Positions 62,401-64,000 of a DNA stretch of 64,000 bases are shown here, in pieces. The notes beneath the pieces are model-generated. The model did no database searches, had not been told where the DNA came from, and saw nothing but the letters and a program-made list of their open reading frames with translations. Source of the DNA: Raillietiella orientalis (lineage: Eukaryota); contig JAYWIR010000019.1 of NCBI GenBank assembly GCA_036172245.1, positions 1,488,001 to 1,552,000 on the forward strand, read 5' to 3'. The position numbers and the translations under genes are program-made. Numbering within the stretch: position 1 is the stretch's first letter; each line of letters begins with the position of its first letter.

Positions 62401-62957
62401 AGAGCAACCACATAAATGTCATTCAGGAAGTGCAAATTAAAAACGAAACGGAAGGTTTAAACAAAAAATTATGCACTTTGCATGGGAAGGATACGTACGA
62501 GAAACCAGTAATTCCTCTGAAACCAAATATTAGCTCCTGCAAATCACAGTCCTTTCAAAATGAAGAAAGTGCATGTGATAAGTACCTTCCTTGTTTATGC
62601 GGTTCAACCACCCATGAGATGCAGGAAAAACCCAATGATGTTCAAAGCAAATTAGACTGTGATTATATATTGAGGGAATGTAACGCACTTGAGAAGTATC
62701 TGCGAGATTGGTTAACAAACTATTCCAATACTTCCTGCAGTCAGCCAATTGAAAGGATAAACACTTTTTGCACTTCATGTTTACAGTGTATGGACAATAT
62801 TCCGGCAAATTTAAAGTTTCATATCCGAGAATATGTAACAAAACTAGAAACCTGTGGTCAAAACATCCAGTTTTCCGGTAGGAACAAAGACTCCCCCATG
62901 AGCATTCAAGAGATTCAAAATATCCTCAAAGATCTCAGTAACTACATTCAAAGATGA
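56325..62957 (+). CDS. Abl: Abl-family (Abelson) non-receptor tyrosine kinase, spliced CDS join(56325..56466,59194..59388,59448..60019,60065..60149,60203..61223,61271..62957), 3702 nt, 1233 aa
   Basis: All five introns are GT..AG and preserve frame. The N-terminus MGAQQGK matches arthropod Abl. Domains: SH3 (ALYDF...GEWCEV...GWVP), SH2 (WYHGAISR...FLVRDS), kinase ([33 protein letters not shown]), the conserved [12 protein letters not shown] motif across exons 5/6, and a C-terminal F-actin-binding-like helical domain ending in IQR-stop. Confidence 0.96.
59194..59388 (+). CDS. Abl: Abl coding exon 2 (cap and start of SH3)
   Basis: Acceptor tttcag at 59193; G+AG gives E of [16 protein letters not shown] and ALYDF present; donor GTAAGT at 59389. 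Confidence 0.94.
59448..60019 (+). CDS. Abl: Abl coding exon 3 (SH3, SH2, linker, start of kinase N-lobe)
   Basis: Acceptor ttacag at 59447; SH3/SH2 motifs, P-loop GGGQYG, VAVKTLK; donor GTAAGT at 60020. Confidence 0.96.
60065..60149 (+). CDS. Abl: Abl coding exon 4 (kinase alphaC helix; not in the ORF track)
   Basis: Translates [29 protein letters not shown]; acceptor ttacag at 60064, donor GTAACA at 60150. Confidence 0.95.
60203..61223 (+). CDS. Abl: Abl coding exon 5 (kinase C-lobe and proline-rich region)
   Basis: [16 protein letters not shown] (gatekeeper Thr), [11 protein letters not shown], activation-loop Tyr, [12 protein letters not shown]; acceptor ttttag at 60202, donor GTAAAT at 61224. 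Confidence 0.96.
61271..62957 (+). CDS. Abl: Abl coding exon 6 (C-terminal region and F-actin-binding domain)
   Basis: Acceptor tcacag at 61270; AG+A gives R of [42 protein letters not shown] motifs; TGA at 62955-62957. Confidence 0.92.
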
Positions 62958-63337
62958 TTCAAGTGTAAAGTTGTATTGGATATCTTGTAGTTGTGTAGTC
63001 AATTACAAAGGTTTGTGTATTACCATTCCCCTAACTTCGAAACAGCCCCCACGATTAAGAAAATCTACATTCCTAGTCTGCAAATTATTGTTTGTTATTT
63101 CCATGATCGCATCCGATGCAAGTACATGGTATGAGGACGTGTACGTTGAAAGGAATACATAAATTATCTCACTTCGATTCGGTGTTGTGTTTTGGATGTA
63201 AGGCCGACAGTTCACCCAGCGGGGGGGGGGGGGAGGTTTGCACCCAAGGGGTCACGTGGAGTGCTGTCCGGCCGAGAATGCACACGAACACGCCACGCCC
63301 CGACCTTTCCCACGGAAGTTAACGAATCTGTTGGATG

Positions 63338-63343
63338 AATAAA
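63338..63343 (+). terminator. Candidate polyadenylation signal for Abl
   Basis: First canonical AATAAA I find downstream of the Abl stop; usage unverified. Confidence 0.3.
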
Positions 63344-63699
63344 TTACTTTCGGTCGCAGTCTTTGTGCAAGCCGTGCTTTTGAGAGGAAACGGCCACCAC
63401 AAACACAGGTGTACGGTACACGTGCATGTGTGTGTGTGTGTGTGTGGACGACAGCATTTAAAATTATGCAAGCCGTCTAACGGAATACCTATGCGTGGGA
63501 TCCTATGTTCTCCACGTGATGCAAACGTGACGTAAGCAATACATAATTCCAGTTGTATAATAGGGATACCTTAGGAGGACAGCTCGGGTATGCCTTCATT
63601 CAGGATGTTCACAGCACGCAGCAGCGCCAATATGACCATGTGATCGAAATGTATTTCACAATCACACAAAGATCGAATCGAGGAAAGGATCGCCGCATT

Positions 63700-64000
63700 T
63701 CGCGTGGTTGCTAAATGCCGTGGTCCCTCCCTGCCTTCCAGCTCCGGTTCCTCCTCCTCTTGGAGACGGCTCCCACTTCGTCCTCGTGGGATGCACGAAG
63801 CAGCCGACGGACGGTCGGATGCTCGTCAAAAGCTCCCCACCACCACTCGTACCTCCTTCAGAGTGTACTTCTATGGCTCCATTCAGACTGTGGAGTGCTC
63901 AGATGTACATCAGGGTCTTTTCGCGTCATCGTCGTCCCTATTTACTCCGCCTGGGGGATCCGCCGCTGACCAACGTACCGTCCTGAGGGTAACACGGGAC
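63700..64000 (+). mobile_element. Possible decayed APE fragment running off the window end
   Basis: GC/CpG-rich sequence resumes; TDGRMLV, SYLLQSV and LGD remnants. Confidence 0.3.

Overview
Eukaryotic (metazoan, most likely arthropod) genomic DNA with two very different halves. (1) About 1-55.3 kb has no intact host gene that I can support. It is a dense, CpG-rich graveyard of decayed transposable elements: many L1/Tx1-clade non-LTR retrotransposon relics on both strands (recognisable gag CCHC knuckles and APE, RT and C-terminal zinc-finger motifs across frameshifts), a younger Tx1-like family with four preserved 3' ends, about eight copies or fragments of a long (~0.7-0.8 kb) tRNA-headed SINE-like repeat, a mariner relic with an internal inversion, an L2/CR1-group fragment, a probable piggyBac relic, microsatellites and several near-perfect hairpins. 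(2) 56,325-62,957 holds a complete six-exon Abl-family non-receptor tyrosine kinase gene on the + strand (about 1,233 aa: myristoylation start, SH3, SH2, kinase, F-actin-binding domain). It has four very short introns and a strongly CpG-depleted, AT-rich gene body. The best candidate for an undescribed system is the long tRNA-headed SINE together with a Tx1-like LINE that ends in a hairpin with little or no poly(A) and repeatedly sits inside or against that SINE. All TE assignments are by-eye motif recognition; no searches were run, and most TE boundaries are approximate.
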